Shown here piece by piece: positions 18,100 through 28,114 of a stretch of 64,000 nucleotides of DNA. The notes under the pieces are model-generated. The model had not been told where the DNA came from, did no database searches, and saw only the letters and a program-made list of their open reading frames with translations. Each line of letters starts with the position of its first letter. Position 1 is the stretch's first letter. A program made the translations under genes and the position numbers. The DNA is from an uncultured bacterium (GTDB lineage: Bacteria > Actinomycetota > Acidimicrobiia > Spongiisociales > UBA5794), in assembly GCA_963801165.1 (NCBI GenBank), contig CAWDDT010000004.1, positions 320,001 through 384,000 on the forward strand. The letters run 5' to 3'.

Positions 18100-20703
18100 A
18101 TGCCAAAGAAACTCGTCATCGTTGAGTCTCCGGCAAAAGCCGCGACCATCTCCGGGTACCTCGGGGACGGTTACGTTGTGGAGTCCTCGATCGGTCACAT
18201 CCGCGACATACCGGCCAAAGCGGCAGATGCCCCCAAGAACCTCCAGGACGAGTGGAGGCGGACCCGCTACGGCGTCGACGTCGACAACGACTTCAAGCCT
18301 CTGTACGTAGTCACGCCCGACAAGAAGCAGCAGGTGAACAAACTCAAGAACCTGCTGAAAGATGCAGATGAGCTCTTGCTGGCAACTGATGAGGACCGCG
18401 AGGGAGAAGCGATCGCCTGGCACCTGATGGAGACCTTGAGACCCAAGGTGCCGGTGCATCGCATGGTGTTCCACGAGATCACCAAGAGCGCGATTATGGA
18501 AGCAGCGGCGCACCCGCGCGACCTCGACCAGGGTCTGGTCGACGCCCAGGAGGCGCGCCGCATCCTGGATCGGCTCTATGGATACGAGGTGTCGCCCGTT
18601 CTGTGGCGCAAGGTGAAGCGCGGGCTATCGGCCGGCCGGGTGCAGTCCCCGGCGACACGGATCATCGTCGACAGGGAACGGGAGCGGATGGCGTTCGTCT
18701 CCGCTTCGTATTGGGATCTCGCCGGCACGTTCGAGACGGCCAACGGCCCACTCGACGCGACATTGGCGACCATCGACGGCACGCAGGTGGCGACGGGCCG
18801 CGATTTTGACGAGAGCGGAGCCGCCACCAACTCCGATCGGTTGATTCTCGACGAGCAACGCGCCGCGGACCTCGCTACCAAGCTCGCCGACGCCGACGCC
18901 GAGATCGCGTCTGTCGAGGCCAGGCCGTACACACGCAAACCGTATCCTCCCTTCCGAACCTCCACTCTGCAGCAGGAGGCGGGGCGCAAGCTCCGCTTCG
19001 GCGCCCGCAGGACAATGTCGGCCGCTCAGCGGCTGTACGAGGCGGGACATATCACATACATGCGTACCGACTCGCTCACCCTTTCCACGGCCGCCATCGA
19101 GACGGCACGCACGCTCGTGTCCGCCCGCTACGGCGATGAGTATCTCCCGGCGGCTCCCCGTACCTACAAGTCTCAGGTGAAGAACGCCCAAGAGGCTCAC
19201 GAGGCGATTCGCCCTGCCGGGGACAGCTTCAAGTCGCCCAAGTCGATAGCCGCCGAATACGGGCCATCGTCTGACGAGGTGAAGCTGTACGACCTCATCT
19301 GGAAGCGGACGGTCGCCTCGCAGATGAAGGACGCCCACGGCGAGAGCGTCAAGGTCGTGGTCCAGGCGACCACCGAAGACGGAATCGTCACCGAGTTCTC
19401 TGCGTCGGGTACGACGATTCTGTTCGCCGGGTTCCTACGTGCCTATGTCGAGGGCAGCGACGATCCCGAAGCGGCTCTCGACGACCAGGAGAGGCACCTC
19501 CCCGCCGTCACGTTGGGCGAGCAAGTGACGCCGTTGACAATCGAGCCGAAGGGTCACGAGACCAAACCGCCCGCCCGGTACACGGAAGCGTCCCTCGTCA
19601 AGCGGCTCGAGGAACTGGAGATCGGCAGGCCCTCGACGTACGCATCGATCATCAGCACGATCCAGGACCGCGGCTACGTGTACAAGAAGGGGTCGGCGCT
19701 GGTTCCGACCTTCACCGCCTTTGCCGTCGTCGCACTGATGGAGCGGCACTTCGCCGATCTCGTCGATCTGGATTTCACCGCGAGGATGGAGGACGACCTC
19801 GATCAGATAGCCAACGGCCAGATGGAGGCGACGCCATGGCTGAGGAGCTTCTATTTCGGGAACGGCCATCCCGGGCTGAAGAGCCTCGTCTCGGCGAACA
19901 TCGAGGAGATCGATGCTCGCGAGATCAACTCCATTCCGATTGGTGTCGATGGCGACGGGAACATGATTGTTGTTCGATCAGGGAAGTTCGGGCCATATGT
20001 GCAGCGCGGCGAGGATACGGCGAGCATCCCGCCCGACCTGCCACCGGACGAGCTCTCGGTCGAAAAAGCGGTCGAGTTTCTCGAAGCGCCCAGCGGTCAT
20101 CGGATCCTCGGAGCCGATCCCGAGACCGGTCTCGAAGTCTCCGTGCGCACCGGTAGGTTCGGCGCGTACGTGCAGCTCGGTGAGCAAGAGCCCGACACCA
20201 AGACGAAGCCCAACCGGTCTTCGCTTTTCCAGGGTATGGAGGAAGACGCCATCACCCTCGAGGACGCCCTGCGGCTGCTGAGCCTTCCCCGCGTGGTCGG
20301 GCCACACCCGGAGGACGGCGCCGACATCATTGCCCAGAACGGTCGCTACGGGCCCTACATCAGCTGGGGCAAGGAGACCAGGAGCCTCGAGGCGGAGGAG
20401 CAGCTCTTCACCGTCGACGTCGAAGATGCGGTGCGGCGGCTCAAGGAGCCGAAGAGACGCGGGCGGCGAGCGGCGGCGCCGCCCTTGAAGGAGCTTGGTG
20501 CGGACCCGAGCTCGGGGAAACCGATCGTCGTCAAAGAGGGCCGTTTCGGTCCGTATGTGACCGACGGGGAGACAAACGCGTCGCTCCGGGTTGCCGACAC
20601 TGTCGAGGCCGTGACCCTCGACCGGGCGTTGGAACTGCTCCAGCTGCGTCGAGAGAAGCTGGCCGCCCAGGGCGGGACCAATCAACGCGGTAAGAAGACC
20701 TGA
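18100..20703 (+). CDS. topA: DNA topoisomerase I with actinobacterial-type C-terminal repeats
   Basis: IVESPAKA, ATDEDREGE, SAGRVQS and ITYMRTDS motifs; repeated GR(F/Y)GPY domains. Confidence 0.98.
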   Translation: MPKKLVIVESPAKAATISGYLGDGYVVESSIGHIRDIPAKAADAPKNLQDEWRRTRYGVDVDNDFKPLYVVTPDKKQQVNKLKNLLKDADELLLATDEDREGEAIAWHLMETLRPKVPVHRMVFHEITKSAIMEAAAHPRDLDQGLVDAQEARRILDRLYGYEVSPVLWRKVKRGLSAGRVQSPATRIIVDRERERMAFVSASYWDLAGTFETANGPLDATLATIDGTQVATGRDFDESGAATNSDRLILDEQRAADLATKLADADAEIASVEARPYTRKPYPPFRTSTLQQEAGRKLRFGARRTMSAAQRLYEAGHITYMRTDSLTLSTAAIETARTLVSARYGDEYLPAAPRTYKSQVKNAQEAHEAIRPAGDSFKSPKSIAAEYGPSSDEVKLYDLIWKRTVASQMKDAHGESVKVVVQATTEDGIVTEFSASGTTILFAGFLRAYVEGSDDPEAALDDQERHLPAVTLGEQVTPLTIEPKGHETKPPARYTEASLVKRLEELEIGRPSTYASIISTIQDRGYVYKKGSALVPTFTAFAVVALMERHFADLVDLDFTARMEDDLDQIANGQMEATPWLRSFYFGNGHPGLKSLVSANIEEIDAREINSIPIGVDGDGNMIVVRSGKFGPYVQRGEDTASIPPDLPPDELSVEKAVEFLEAPSGHRILGADPETGLEVSVRTGRFGAYVQLGEQEPDTKTKPNRSSLFQGMEEDAITLEDALRLLSLPRVVGPHPEDGADIIAQNGRYGPYISWGKETRSLEAEEQLFTVDVEDAVRRLKEPKRRGRRAAAPPLKELGADPSSGKPIVVKEGRFGPYVTDGETNASLRVADTVEAVTLDRALELLQLRREKLAAQGGTNQRGKKT

Positions 20704-20764
20704 GCCGGCCGCGGAGCAGCAGCCCATCTCGCCATTATCCCGGCGGTCTCCTAGCCTCATGGCG

Positions 20765-21316
20765 ATGATCGACACCGTGTCTCGCTCGGACCGTCTTGCG
20801 TGGGTCTCCACGGTCGTTCGCATGGTGCTCGGGGCGACCATGTTGTACGCGGGGGTCCTCAAGCTTCTGGAACCGAGCCAGGCTCTCCGTGCCGTCCAGG
20901 CCTATCGTATCCTGCCTCCTGCTATCGACGATATCGTCGCTTACGGACTCCCGCTCCTCGAGATGGCGGTCGGAGCTCTCCTGCTTCTCGGTCTCGGGAC
21001 GAGGCCGGCCGCCTGGATCACGAGCGGGTTGATGGTCGTCTTCATCGCAGGCGTAGCTTCCGCCTGGATTCGGGGTCTATCGATCGATTGTGGCTGTTTC
21101 GGCGGCGGTGGCGACGTAGCCGCTGCCGGCAAGGTCGGGCGCTACACAGCTGAGATACTGCGCGACGTGGGTTTGCTGGCGCTTGCGGGCTGGCTGGTGT
21201 GGTTCCCGGTGAGCCGCTTGGCGCTGGATCAGGTGGTCGACCCCGGAGATCCGTCCGATGAGACGGATCGGCATGGAGACGACCGGAACGAGACATATGA
21301 GGAGTCTTCCCGATGA
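20765..21316 (+). CDS. MauE/DoxX family redox-associated membrane protein
   Basis: RGLSIDCGCFG motif and 4 TM segments; alternative start at 20759. Confidence 0.88.
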   Translation: MIDTVSRSDRLAWVSTVVRMVLGATMLYAGVLKLLEPSQALRAVQAYRILPPAIDDIVAYGLPLLEMAVGALLLLGLGTRPAAWITSGLMVVFIAGVASAWIRGLSIDCGCFGGGGDVAAAGKVGRYTAEILRDVGLLALAGWLVWFPVSRLALDQVVDPGDPSDETDRHGDDRNETYEESSR

Positions 21317-22032
21317 GCAACGGCAAACCAACGCAGACCCGGCAACCGGCGCAGGACGCCAAACGCCGGCGGACTCGCTACATCATGATCGGCGTTGTAG
21401 TGGCGGTGGTTGTGGCGATCGGCATCAGCGTGCTCGCTTCCAACCGGACTACGACCAACACCGACGCGTCTGCGCCCGCAGGTGTTCTCGACGATCTTGG
21501 GGTCCCGGTGGGTACCGCGACCTCACCGGTCATGGACGTCTACGAGGACTTCCAGTGTCCGGTGTGCGCGGGTCTCGAGAGCAACGTCGGGCCTGCGTTG
21601 GGCGAGATGGTGGACAACGGCGAGGTCCTGCTCGTCTACCACATCATGTCGTTCCTCGACGGCAACCTGCGCAACGACTCCTCGACGCGGGCAGCGAACG
21701 CCGCGGGGTGCGCCCAGGACCAAGGCGTGTTCAAGGCGTACCACGATCAGGTGTTCGCCAACCAACCCCAGGAGGGCGTCGGGTTCACCGACGAGCAACT
21801 GATCACCTTCGGCGAGGCTGCAGGGGTATCCGATATGGCTGCTTTCCGGGTGTGCGTCTCCGACCAAACCTATGCGGACTGGGTTACCCAGGTCGAGCGT
21901 CTCGCTGAGGACGATCAGGTGCACGGTACGCCGACGCTGGTGATCAACGGCACGACGTTCGACCCGAGCCAGGCGCAAACCTGGGACGACTACGTCACGC
22001 TGTTGACTGCGGCCATTCAGCAGGCGGGTTGA
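21313..22032 (+). CDS. DsbA-like thioredoxin-domain protein
   Basis: YEDFQCPVC, cis-Pro GTPT and an N-terminal TM anchor. Confidence 0.9.
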   Translation: MSNGKPTQTRQPAQDAKRRRTRYIMIGVVVAVVVAIGISVLASNRTTTNTDASAPAGVLDDLGVPVGTATSPVMDVYEDFQCPVCAGLESNVGPALGEMVDNGEVLLVYHIMSFLDGNLRNDSSTRAANAAGCAQDQGVFKAYHDQVFANQPQEGVGFTDEQLITFGEAAGVSDMAAFRVCVSDQTYADWVTQVERLAEDDQVHGTPTLVINGTTFDPSQAQTWDDYVTLLTAAIQQAG

Positions 22033-22132
22033 TCCTTCGATCAGAACGAAGTGGTAGCTCGCAAGACCGCAGTGACGTATCGTCTTGCGGACAAGCGCAG
22101 ATTCGTCATGCTCCACCACTAGGGTCTCTCTG

Positions 22133-23527
22133 ATGCTTCCCGAGGAAGGCGTCCCCAGAACAACGAGATCGCTGATCACGTCCGGGCAGTTTGCCCGTTT
22201 CTTCTGGGCTGCCGTGATTGGGTCGACCGGTGACTGGATCACGGTGTTCGCCATGATCACTCTGGCCGGACGGATCAGAAACCAGGAGGGCATCCTGATC
22301 GCGTTGATGGCCCGCATCCTCCCCGGACTTCTCCTGGGAGGCGTCGTGGGCGTCATCAGCGACCGGATGGACCGGCGCAAGCTCGTGGTCATGGCCGACA
22401 TCGGTCGCGGCGCCATCGTGCCGTTCCTGGCGTTCGTTAATACGCTGACGCTGCTTGTCGCGATAACGCTCGTCCTCGAGATGCTCAGCCTTCTTGGTCA
22501 GCCGCCGCGTACGGCCATGGTTCCGCGTCTCGTCAGGGAGGAGAACCTGGTCGGCGCCAACAGCTTGATGCTGGCGGCGGCATACGGGACGATCCCGATC
22601 GGGTCGCTGATGCTGCTGATCATCCAGGGTTTTCCAGAGGTTACCTGGGGGCTCATCCCGGCGGGCAACGGGAGCCTGGCACTCGCCTTTGCATTCGACG
22701 CGGTCACCTTCTTCGCATCTGGGTCGCTGATTGCCTCGCTGCCGCGGATCGTCTCCCCTCTCGTCGAGGATCCCGCGGCCGCAAACGGGAGGAGCACATG
22801 GGCGGATTTCAAGGAGGGTATCGCCTTTCTGGTTGGTGACCCTTCCGTGCGCCGGGTCATAACCGGCATGACGACCGCCCTGTTCGGCGGCGGCATGATC
22901 ATCGTCCTGGGCCAGGACTTTGCGAAGAACGTGCTGCAAGCCGACGACGCCGGGTTCTTCGCCATCATCACCATGCTCGGCATCGGTGCGGTGATCGGTC
23001 TCGTAGGTCTTTCGATGAACGAGAGCAGGCTGGTGCACCTCGATCTGGCGTTTGGCATCGCCACCACCATCACCGGGATCGGGCTCATCGCCGCCTCCAT
23101 GGTGACTACCGTCGCAGGCGCTGCCGCCTGGATGCTCGTGATGGGGATGGGGGCGGGGGCGGCCTATCTCATGGGTCTGACCCACCTCCATGAGTATGTC
23201 GACGACGAGCTCAGGGGCAGAGTCTTTGCCGCGCTGTTCGGGCTGATGCGGATCGGGCTGTTCGTCGCCATGATCCTGGCGGTGCCGCTTGCCGGCGCCC
23301 TGCGATCGGTGAAGATCTGGAGGCTGGACGATCCAACCCGGCTGGTGCTTGCTCTGGGCGGGGTGACGATTCTGGTGTCGGGGCTAGCCGTCATCATCAC
23401 CTTGCGTTCGCTCCTTCTGAGCCCGAGCCTGCGCAAGGAGACGCAGGACATCATCGTCGCCGCCAACAAGGCCCGGCGGGCCCGTTTGGAGCGGCGGCAC
23501 GACGGCGACGAAGAGGAAGAGAAATGA
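22133..23527 (+). CDS. MFS transporter (type often fused to Tmk in actinobacteria)
   Basis: 12 TM segments, GVISDRMDRRK motif A, ELRGRVF; ATGA overlap with tmk. Confidence 0.88.
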   Translation: MLPEEGVPRTTRSLITSGQFARFFWAAVIGSTGDWITVFAMITLAGRIRNQEGILIALMARILPGLLLGGVVGVISDRMDRRKLVVMADIGRGAIVPFLAFVNTLTLLVAITLVLEMLSLLGQPPRTAMVPRLVREENLVGANSLMLAAAYGTIPIGSLMLLIIQGFPEVTWGLIPAGNGSLALAFAFDAVTFFASGSLIASLPRIVSPLVEDPAAANGRSTWADFKEGIAFLVGDPSVRRVITGMTTALFGGGMIIVLGQDFAKNVLQADDAGFFAIITMLGIGAVIGLVGLSMNESRLVHLDLAFGIATTITGIGLIAASMVTTVAGAAAWMLVMGMGAGAAYLMGLTHLHEYVDDELRGRVFAALFGLMRIGLFVAMILAVPLAGALRSVKIWRLDDPTRLVLALGGVTILVSGLAVIITLRSLLLSPSLRKETQDIIVAANKARRARLERRHDGDEEEEK

Positions 23528-24147
23528 CCGCCCCCTACATCACGTTCGAGGGAATCGAGGGGACCGGCAAGTCCACGATGGCGGCGCGGCTGGCCGCACA
23601 CCTCGAGGCCGGTGGTATCGATGTCCTGTTTGTGAGGGAGCCGGGAGGAACCGCTACGGGTGAGCTGATCAGGGAGGTGCTGCTCGATCCCGGCGGCAGC
23701 GTTGCACCGTGGACCGAGGCGTTGTTGTTCGCCGCGGCACGGGCGCAGCTCGCCAACGAGATCGTGGGGCCTGCTCTGCGCCGGGGTTGCTGGGTTGTCA
23801 GCGACCGCTCCGTGTACTCATCGCTTGCCTACCAGGGCGGTGGTCGGGGCCTCGGGGTCGCCGTGGTCCGGGCCATCAATGCGCCGGGTTTGGGTGACGT
23901 GTGGCCAGATTTGGTCGTGCTGCTCGATCTGGATGCGGCGACCGGTCTGGCGAGACAGCTCGACCCCGATCGGATCGGCGCCGAGGATGCATCGTTTCAG
24001 GCGACGGTCGCAAGGACGTTCACGGCTCTGGCAGTGGCGGAGCCCGACCGGTTCGTTGCCGTCGACGCATCCGGCGACACGGAGTCGGTTTGGCACAGGG
24101 TTCTCGAATGTGTGGAGGAACGGTGGACACTCTCTTCACAGATGTGA
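23524..24147 (+). CDS. tmk: Thymidylate kinase
   Basis: FEGIEGTGKST, REPGGT and DR..YSSLAYQG motifs. Confidence 0.95.
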   Translation: MTAPYITFEGIEGTGKSTMAARLAAHLEAGGIDVLFVREPGGTATGELIREVLLDPGGSVAPWTEALLFAAARAQLANEIVGPALRRGCWVVSDRSVYSSLAYQGGGRGLGVAVVRAINAPGLGDVWPDLVVLLDLDAATGLARQLDPDRIGAEDASFQATVARTFTALAVAEPDRFVAVDASGDTESVWHRVLECVEERWTLSSQM

Positions 24148-25184
24148 TCGGCCACCGCCCAGTGTGCGCGGTCCTGGAGCGCGACATCACCGCTCCGAGC
24201 CATGCCTACCTCTTCGTCGGGCCACTCGGTGTCGGCAAGGCCGCCGTTGCCCGCCGCTTCGCCGCCGGGATCCTGTGCGGGGGAGATGAGAGATGCGCCA
24301 ACCGGGTGCTGCGCGGCTTCCACCCCGACCTGATCCTGGTGGAGCCGGAAGGCCGCTCGGCGATCACTGTTGAGCAGGCACGACACGCTGTGTCGCTCGC
24401 CAGCCTTGCACCTGTGGAAGCGAGCCGCAAGATCTTTGTCCTCGAGGAAGGCGGGGCGATGAACGACGAAGCCGCCAACGCCCTGCTCAAGACTCTGGAG
24501 GAGCCGACGGCATCGACGGTTTTCATCGTCGTCGCCGAGTCCGAGGATGACCTCCCCGAGACGATATCCAGTAGGTGCCGCACCGTTGTGTTTGGCCGCG
24601 TGCCGGAGGCTGAGATCACCGCAGGACTGGTCGCCCGCGGCATCTCGACCGACCGCGCCGAGCAGGCAGCACGGATCTCCGGGGGGCGGCCGGGCCTGGC
24701 GATATCACTGGCGACGCGCGCCGACGTCGCTGCCTTTCGCACCGTGTGGCTCAGTGTGCCGATGCGGCTCTCGGCGCATCCGGGAGACGGCTACCGGCTC
24801 GCCGACGAGTTGACCGCGGCTGCCGAGCCCTTGCTGGTGGCGCTCAAGGCCCGCCAGGCGGAAGAAACTGAGGTGATGGAGAGAGAAGGCGGGCTCTCCA
24901 AGAACGTCGAGCAGCGCCAGGTGCGAGAGCTGAAACGAGCCGAGCTGGCCTTGCACATATCCGGTCTCGAGATTCTGTCCGGGTTCTATCGCGATGCTGC
25001 CGCCGGCCAGCTGGGTGCCCCCGTCCGCAACTCGGACATCCCGTCGAGTGCGCTCACCCGGATCACGCCGCGCCGCGCCGTGCGCAACGCCGACAGGATA
25101 CTGGAGGCAATCGAGGCTATCGAGGCGAATCAGCGTCCCCAGCTCGCCCTGGCGGCGCTTCTTGCCGACATCGGTGAGGAGTAG
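24123..25184 (+). CDS. holB: DNA polymerase III subunit delta'
   Basis: HAYLFVGP.GVGK, HPD, AANALLKTLEEP and TISSRC motifs; follows tmk. Confidence 0.92.
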   Translation: MDTLFTDVIGHRPVCAVLERDITAPSHAYLFVGPLGVGKAAVARRFAAGILCGGDERCANRVLRGFHPDLILVEPEGRSAITVEQARHAVSLASLAPVEASRKIFVLEEGGAMNDEAANALLKTLEEPTASTVFIVVAESEDDLPETISSRCRTVVFGRVPEAEITAGLVARGISTDRAEQAARISGGRPGLAISLATRADVAAFRTVWLSVPMRLSAHPGDGYRLADELTAAAEPLLVALKARQAEETEVMEREGGLSKNVEQRQVRELKRAELALHISGLEILSGFYRDAAAGQLGAPVRNSDIPSSALTRITPRRAVRNADRILEAIEAIEANQRPQLALAALLADIGEE

Positions 25185-25185
25185 C

Positions 25186-25833
25186 GTGCCGGGCGGCGCC
25201 GGCCCGGCGGCGTACCGGGTTGCCAACCTGTTGAGCCGTCCGCTCGACGTGATGCAGCGCTGGCTGCTCGACGGTGAGGTGACCGGTCGGGAGCATCTAC
25301 CGGCGGACGGTCCCTACATCGTGACCGCCAACCACCTCTCGCTGATCGATCCGATCCTGGTCTCGATCGCCGTCGGCGGGTTGATCCGGTTCCTCGCGCT
25401 CGATGAGCTGTTCGGTCAGAACTTCCTGCTCGACGCGTCGATGCGATATTTCGGTGCGATTTCCCTATCGCGCGAGCGTCCTCCGCTTGGGGCGTTACGC
25501 GAGGCGCTTGCCGCCCTGGAGCGTGGTGAGGTGATCGGCATCTTCCCCGAGGGCGCCCGTGCCCGGTATTGGGGGGAGCGTCCGATCAAGCGTGGTGCGG
25601 CGTGGCTGGCGCTGGCAACCGGGGCGCCGATTGTGCCGTGCGCCGTCACAGGAACGGAGGCGACGATGAGCCTGAACGAGCCCCGGGCACGCATCCCGGC
25701 CGTGCGCCTGTCGCTGCACCCGGCGATCGAGGCCGAGCGGTATTGTGAGAGCGAGGACCCTCTCGGGGCGACGATGGATGCGTGGGCCGAGGTCATCGAG
25801 GCCGAGGTGGGCCATTGGATTCATAAGGAGTAG
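25186..25833 (+). CDS. Lysophospholipid acyltransferase (PlsC family)
   Basis: NHLSLID (NHx4D) and FPEG motifs. Confidence 0.9.
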   Translation: MPGGAGPAAYRVANLLSRPLDVMQRWLLDGEVTGREHLPADGPYIVTANHLSLIDPILVSIAVGGLIRFLALDELFGQNFLLDASMRYFGAISLSRERPPLGALREALAALERGEVIGIFPEGARARYWGERPIKRGAAWLALATGAPIVPCAVTGTEATMSLNEPRARIPAVRLSLHPAIEAERYCESEDPLGATMDAWAEVIEAEVGHWIHKE

Positions 25834-25836
25834 CCG

Positions 25837-26739
25837 ATGCGGGTACTGATGACCGGCTCGAGCGGATTGATCGGCACTGCGCTGCGGCGCTCCTTTGCGG
25901 CCGACGGGATCGAGGTGGTGAGGCTGGTGCGCCGGCCGCCGCAGGCCGAAGACGAGCGATTCTGGGACCCGGCACAGGACGTCCTCGACCCGGGACACGT
26001 CGACGGATTCGATGCCGTGATCAACCTGGCGGGTGCGGGGATCGGCGACAAGCGATGGTCCGAAGACCGGAAGCGGAAGATCATCGGGTCACGTCTCGAT
26101 GCGACCAGCGTGCTCGTAAGCAGGCTGGCCGACACTGAGCGCAAGCCCGACGTTCTCGTTTCGGGATCGGCGATCGGGTTCTACGGCGACCGGGACGAGT
26201 TGGTGACCGAGACGGCCGGCCCCGCGGATCCACCCGACTTCCTCTCCCGGCTCTGCACCGACTGGGAGGCGGCGACGGCTCCGGCCGCGGCAGCGGGGAT
26301 CAGGACGGCGTGCATCCGCACCGGTCTCGTACTGGCCGAGGACGGCGGTGCCGTCGCCAAGCTGCTGCTTCCCTTCAAGCTCGGTGTCGGGGGAAGGCTC
26401 GGCAGCGGAGGCACGTACTGGAGTTGGATCTCTCTTCCGGATCATGTTCGCGCCGTCAGACACGTTATCGCCCACTCGGTGGCGGGTCCGGTGAACCTGA
26501 CCGCACCTCACCCCGTCACCAGCGCAGAGGTGACCAAGGCACTGGGGCGGGCGCTTCATCGCCCCACGCTGTTGCCGGTGCCGCGGTTCGCCCTCGAGCT
26601 GCTGTTGGGTAAGGAGCTGGCGGCGGCGCTGCTGTTCACCTCCAACCGGGTCCTCCCCGCCAAACTGGAAGAGTCCGGGTTCCGGTTCGAGCACGACGAT
26701 ATCGATACGGCGCTACAGGCAGTGCTTCAGCAAAGCTGA
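25837..26739 (+). CDS. TIGR01777-type NAD-dependent epimerase/oxidoreductase
   Basis: TGSSGLIG, NLAGAGI..RW, SAIGFYG and WISL.D motifs. Confidence 0.9.
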   Translation: MRVLMTGSSGLIGTALRRSFAADGIEVVRLVRRPPQAEDERFWDPAQDVLDPGHVDGFDAVINLAGAGIGDKRWSEDRKRKIIGSRLDATSVLVSRLADTERKPDVLVSGSAIGFYGDRDELVTETAGPADPPDFLSRLCTDWEAATAPAAAAGIRTACIRTGLVLAEDGGAVAKLLLPFKLGVGGRLGSGGTYWSWISLPDHVRAVRHVIAHSVAGPVNLTAPHPVTSAEVTKALGRALHRPTLLPVPRFALELLLGKELAAALLFTSNRVLPAKLEESGFRFEHDDIDTALQAVLQQS

Positions 26740-26809
26740 AGCGAACCTCAGCTTTGAGCCTCGGCGTGAGTCTGGCGAAGCCAGACTCAAACTTCAGCAA
26801 AGCTGAAGC
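26724..26809. repeat. REP-like hairpin cluster
   Basis: CTTCAGCAAAGCTGAAG twice, flanking TGAGTCTGGCGAAGCCAGACTCA. Confidence 0.75.
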
Positions 26810-26830
26810 CGCTACCATTGCCAGCCCTTT

Positions 26831-26903
26831 GCCGGGGTAGCTCAGTCGGCAGAGCGACGCACTCGTAATGCGTAGGTCACGGGTTCGATTCCCGTCTCCG
26901 GCT
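26831..26903 (+). tRNA. tRNA-Thr(CGT)
   Basis: Acceptor stem GCCGGGG/CTCCGGC, D arm TAGCTCAGTCGGCAGAGC, anticodon arm ACGCA-CTCGTAA-TGCGT, T loop GGTTCGATTCC. CCA not encoded. Confidence 0.97.
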
Positions 26904-26964
26904 CGATTCATCAGAACTTCACATTCCACGGCTATTTTGGGTCGTGCCCACTCGAGGAGTACCA

Positions 26965-27528
26965 GTGGCTGACCGGGCCAATTTTGAGCGTGATGCGCTT
27001 CCATATGCACAACAGCTCTACTCGGCCGCGCTCCGTATGACCCGGAATCCCGCTGATGCCGAGGACGTCGTCCAGGAGGCGTTCCTGAAGGCATACCGCG
27101 GCTACGGCACGTTCAAAGAGGGTACGAATCTCAAAGCGTGGTTGTACCGGATCCTGACCAACACTTACATAAACCGCTACCGCAAGGAGCAGAGGCGACC
27201 AACCGAGGTCGAGCTCGGTGAGCTTCAGGATCTGTACCTGTTCAAACGGGTGGGTGAGGTCTCGGGTGCCGAACGGAGCACCGAAGAGACCGTGCTGGAG
27301 TCGATGGTCGACTCCGACATCAAGGGGGCGCTGGAGGCGCTTCCGGAGAAGTTCCGGATGCCCGTCCTCCTCGCCGATGTAGAGGGCTTCTCCTACAAGG
27401 AGATCGCTGAGATCCTGGACGTACCGATCGGCACTGTGATGTCGCGGCTACATCGGGGAAGAAAAGCGCTCCAAAAGAAGTTGTGGTCTTTAGCTGAACA
27501 ACGCGGACTCACAGGACCGAGTCAATGA
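26965..27528 (+). CDS. sigH: ECF sigma factor, SigH/SigR family
   Basis: [25 protein letters not shown] and [12 protein letters not shown] motifs; GAGGAG RBS. Confidence 0.9.
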   Translation: MADRANFERDALPYAQQLYSAALRMTRNPADAEDVVQEAFLKAYRGYGTFKEGTNLKAWLYRILTNTYINRYRKEQRRPTEVELGELQDLYLFKRVGEVSGAERSTEETVLESMVDSDIKGALEALPEKFRMPVLLADVEGFSYKEIAEILDVPIGTVMSRLHRGRKALQKKLWSLAEQRGLTGPSQ

Positions 27529-27773
27529 AGGCTGCATGCGATCACGCGGTTGACTATCTATACCAATACATCGATGAGGAGCTGACCTGGTCGCGCCGCA
27601 TCAGAATCCGCTGGCACCTCAAGCGGTGCGGCAACTGTGTGGATGCATATGGTTTCGAGATCAAGCTGAAGGCCCGCCTCCGGGAGTGCGGCAAGGACGA
27701 ACCGTCACAGGAACTTTTCGACCGTATCCGTGCGTTGATAGAGCAAGAGGCCGCCGGTAGCCAGGAGGTGTGA
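27525..27773 (+). CDS. rshA: Zinc-binding anti-sigma factor (RshA/RsrA-like)
   Basis: N-terminal Cys and HLKRCGNC (HxxxCxxC) ZAS motif; ATGA overlap with the sigma gene. Confidence 0.85.
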   Translation: MKAACDHAVDYLYQYIDEELTWSRRIRIRWHLKRCGNCVDAYGFEIKLKARLRECGKDEPSQELFDRIRALIEQEAAGSQEV

Positions 27774-27835
27774 CCGGCCGGTCGCCAATCCGGTCGCCAA
27801 TCCGATGGTGACGGATTGAGAGAAGGAATCCACAA

Positions 27836-28030
27836 ATGTCTGAAAATGTACTGAGGGGCAAGCGAGTACTGGAGACGGCACGTCCGCCCAAGGCCAGCAG
27901 TGAGGTGCGCACATGCGCCAAGCCTGGCTGTGAGACGACGCTTTCCCGCTACAACAAGCGCGAGTTCTGCTACGCCCACGCACCAACCAAATTCCCCCGG
28001 CTTCGTGGCAGGGTCATCCCCGAGAGCTGA
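27836..28030 (+). CDS. Small basic Cys/His protein (putative Zn finger)
   Basis: C-x4-C-x12-C-x2-H pattern; AAGGA RBS. Confidence 0.75.
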   Translation: MSENVLRGKRVLETARPPKASSEVRTCAKPGCETTLSRYNKREFCYAHAPTKFPRLRGRVIPES

Positions 28031-28114
28031 GAGCCTGAACGGCTGCGCCGGTCAGACTCTGGTTTCGCTTTGCGGAACCAAGCGAGGATGCGCCTGGTGC
28101 TATCGTCCCGCTGG

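Noticed and set aside
26831-26903. tRNA-Thr as an integration site for an island
   Set aside because: No integrase and no duplicated tRNA 3' end were seen; the flanking genes are ordinary chromosomal genes.
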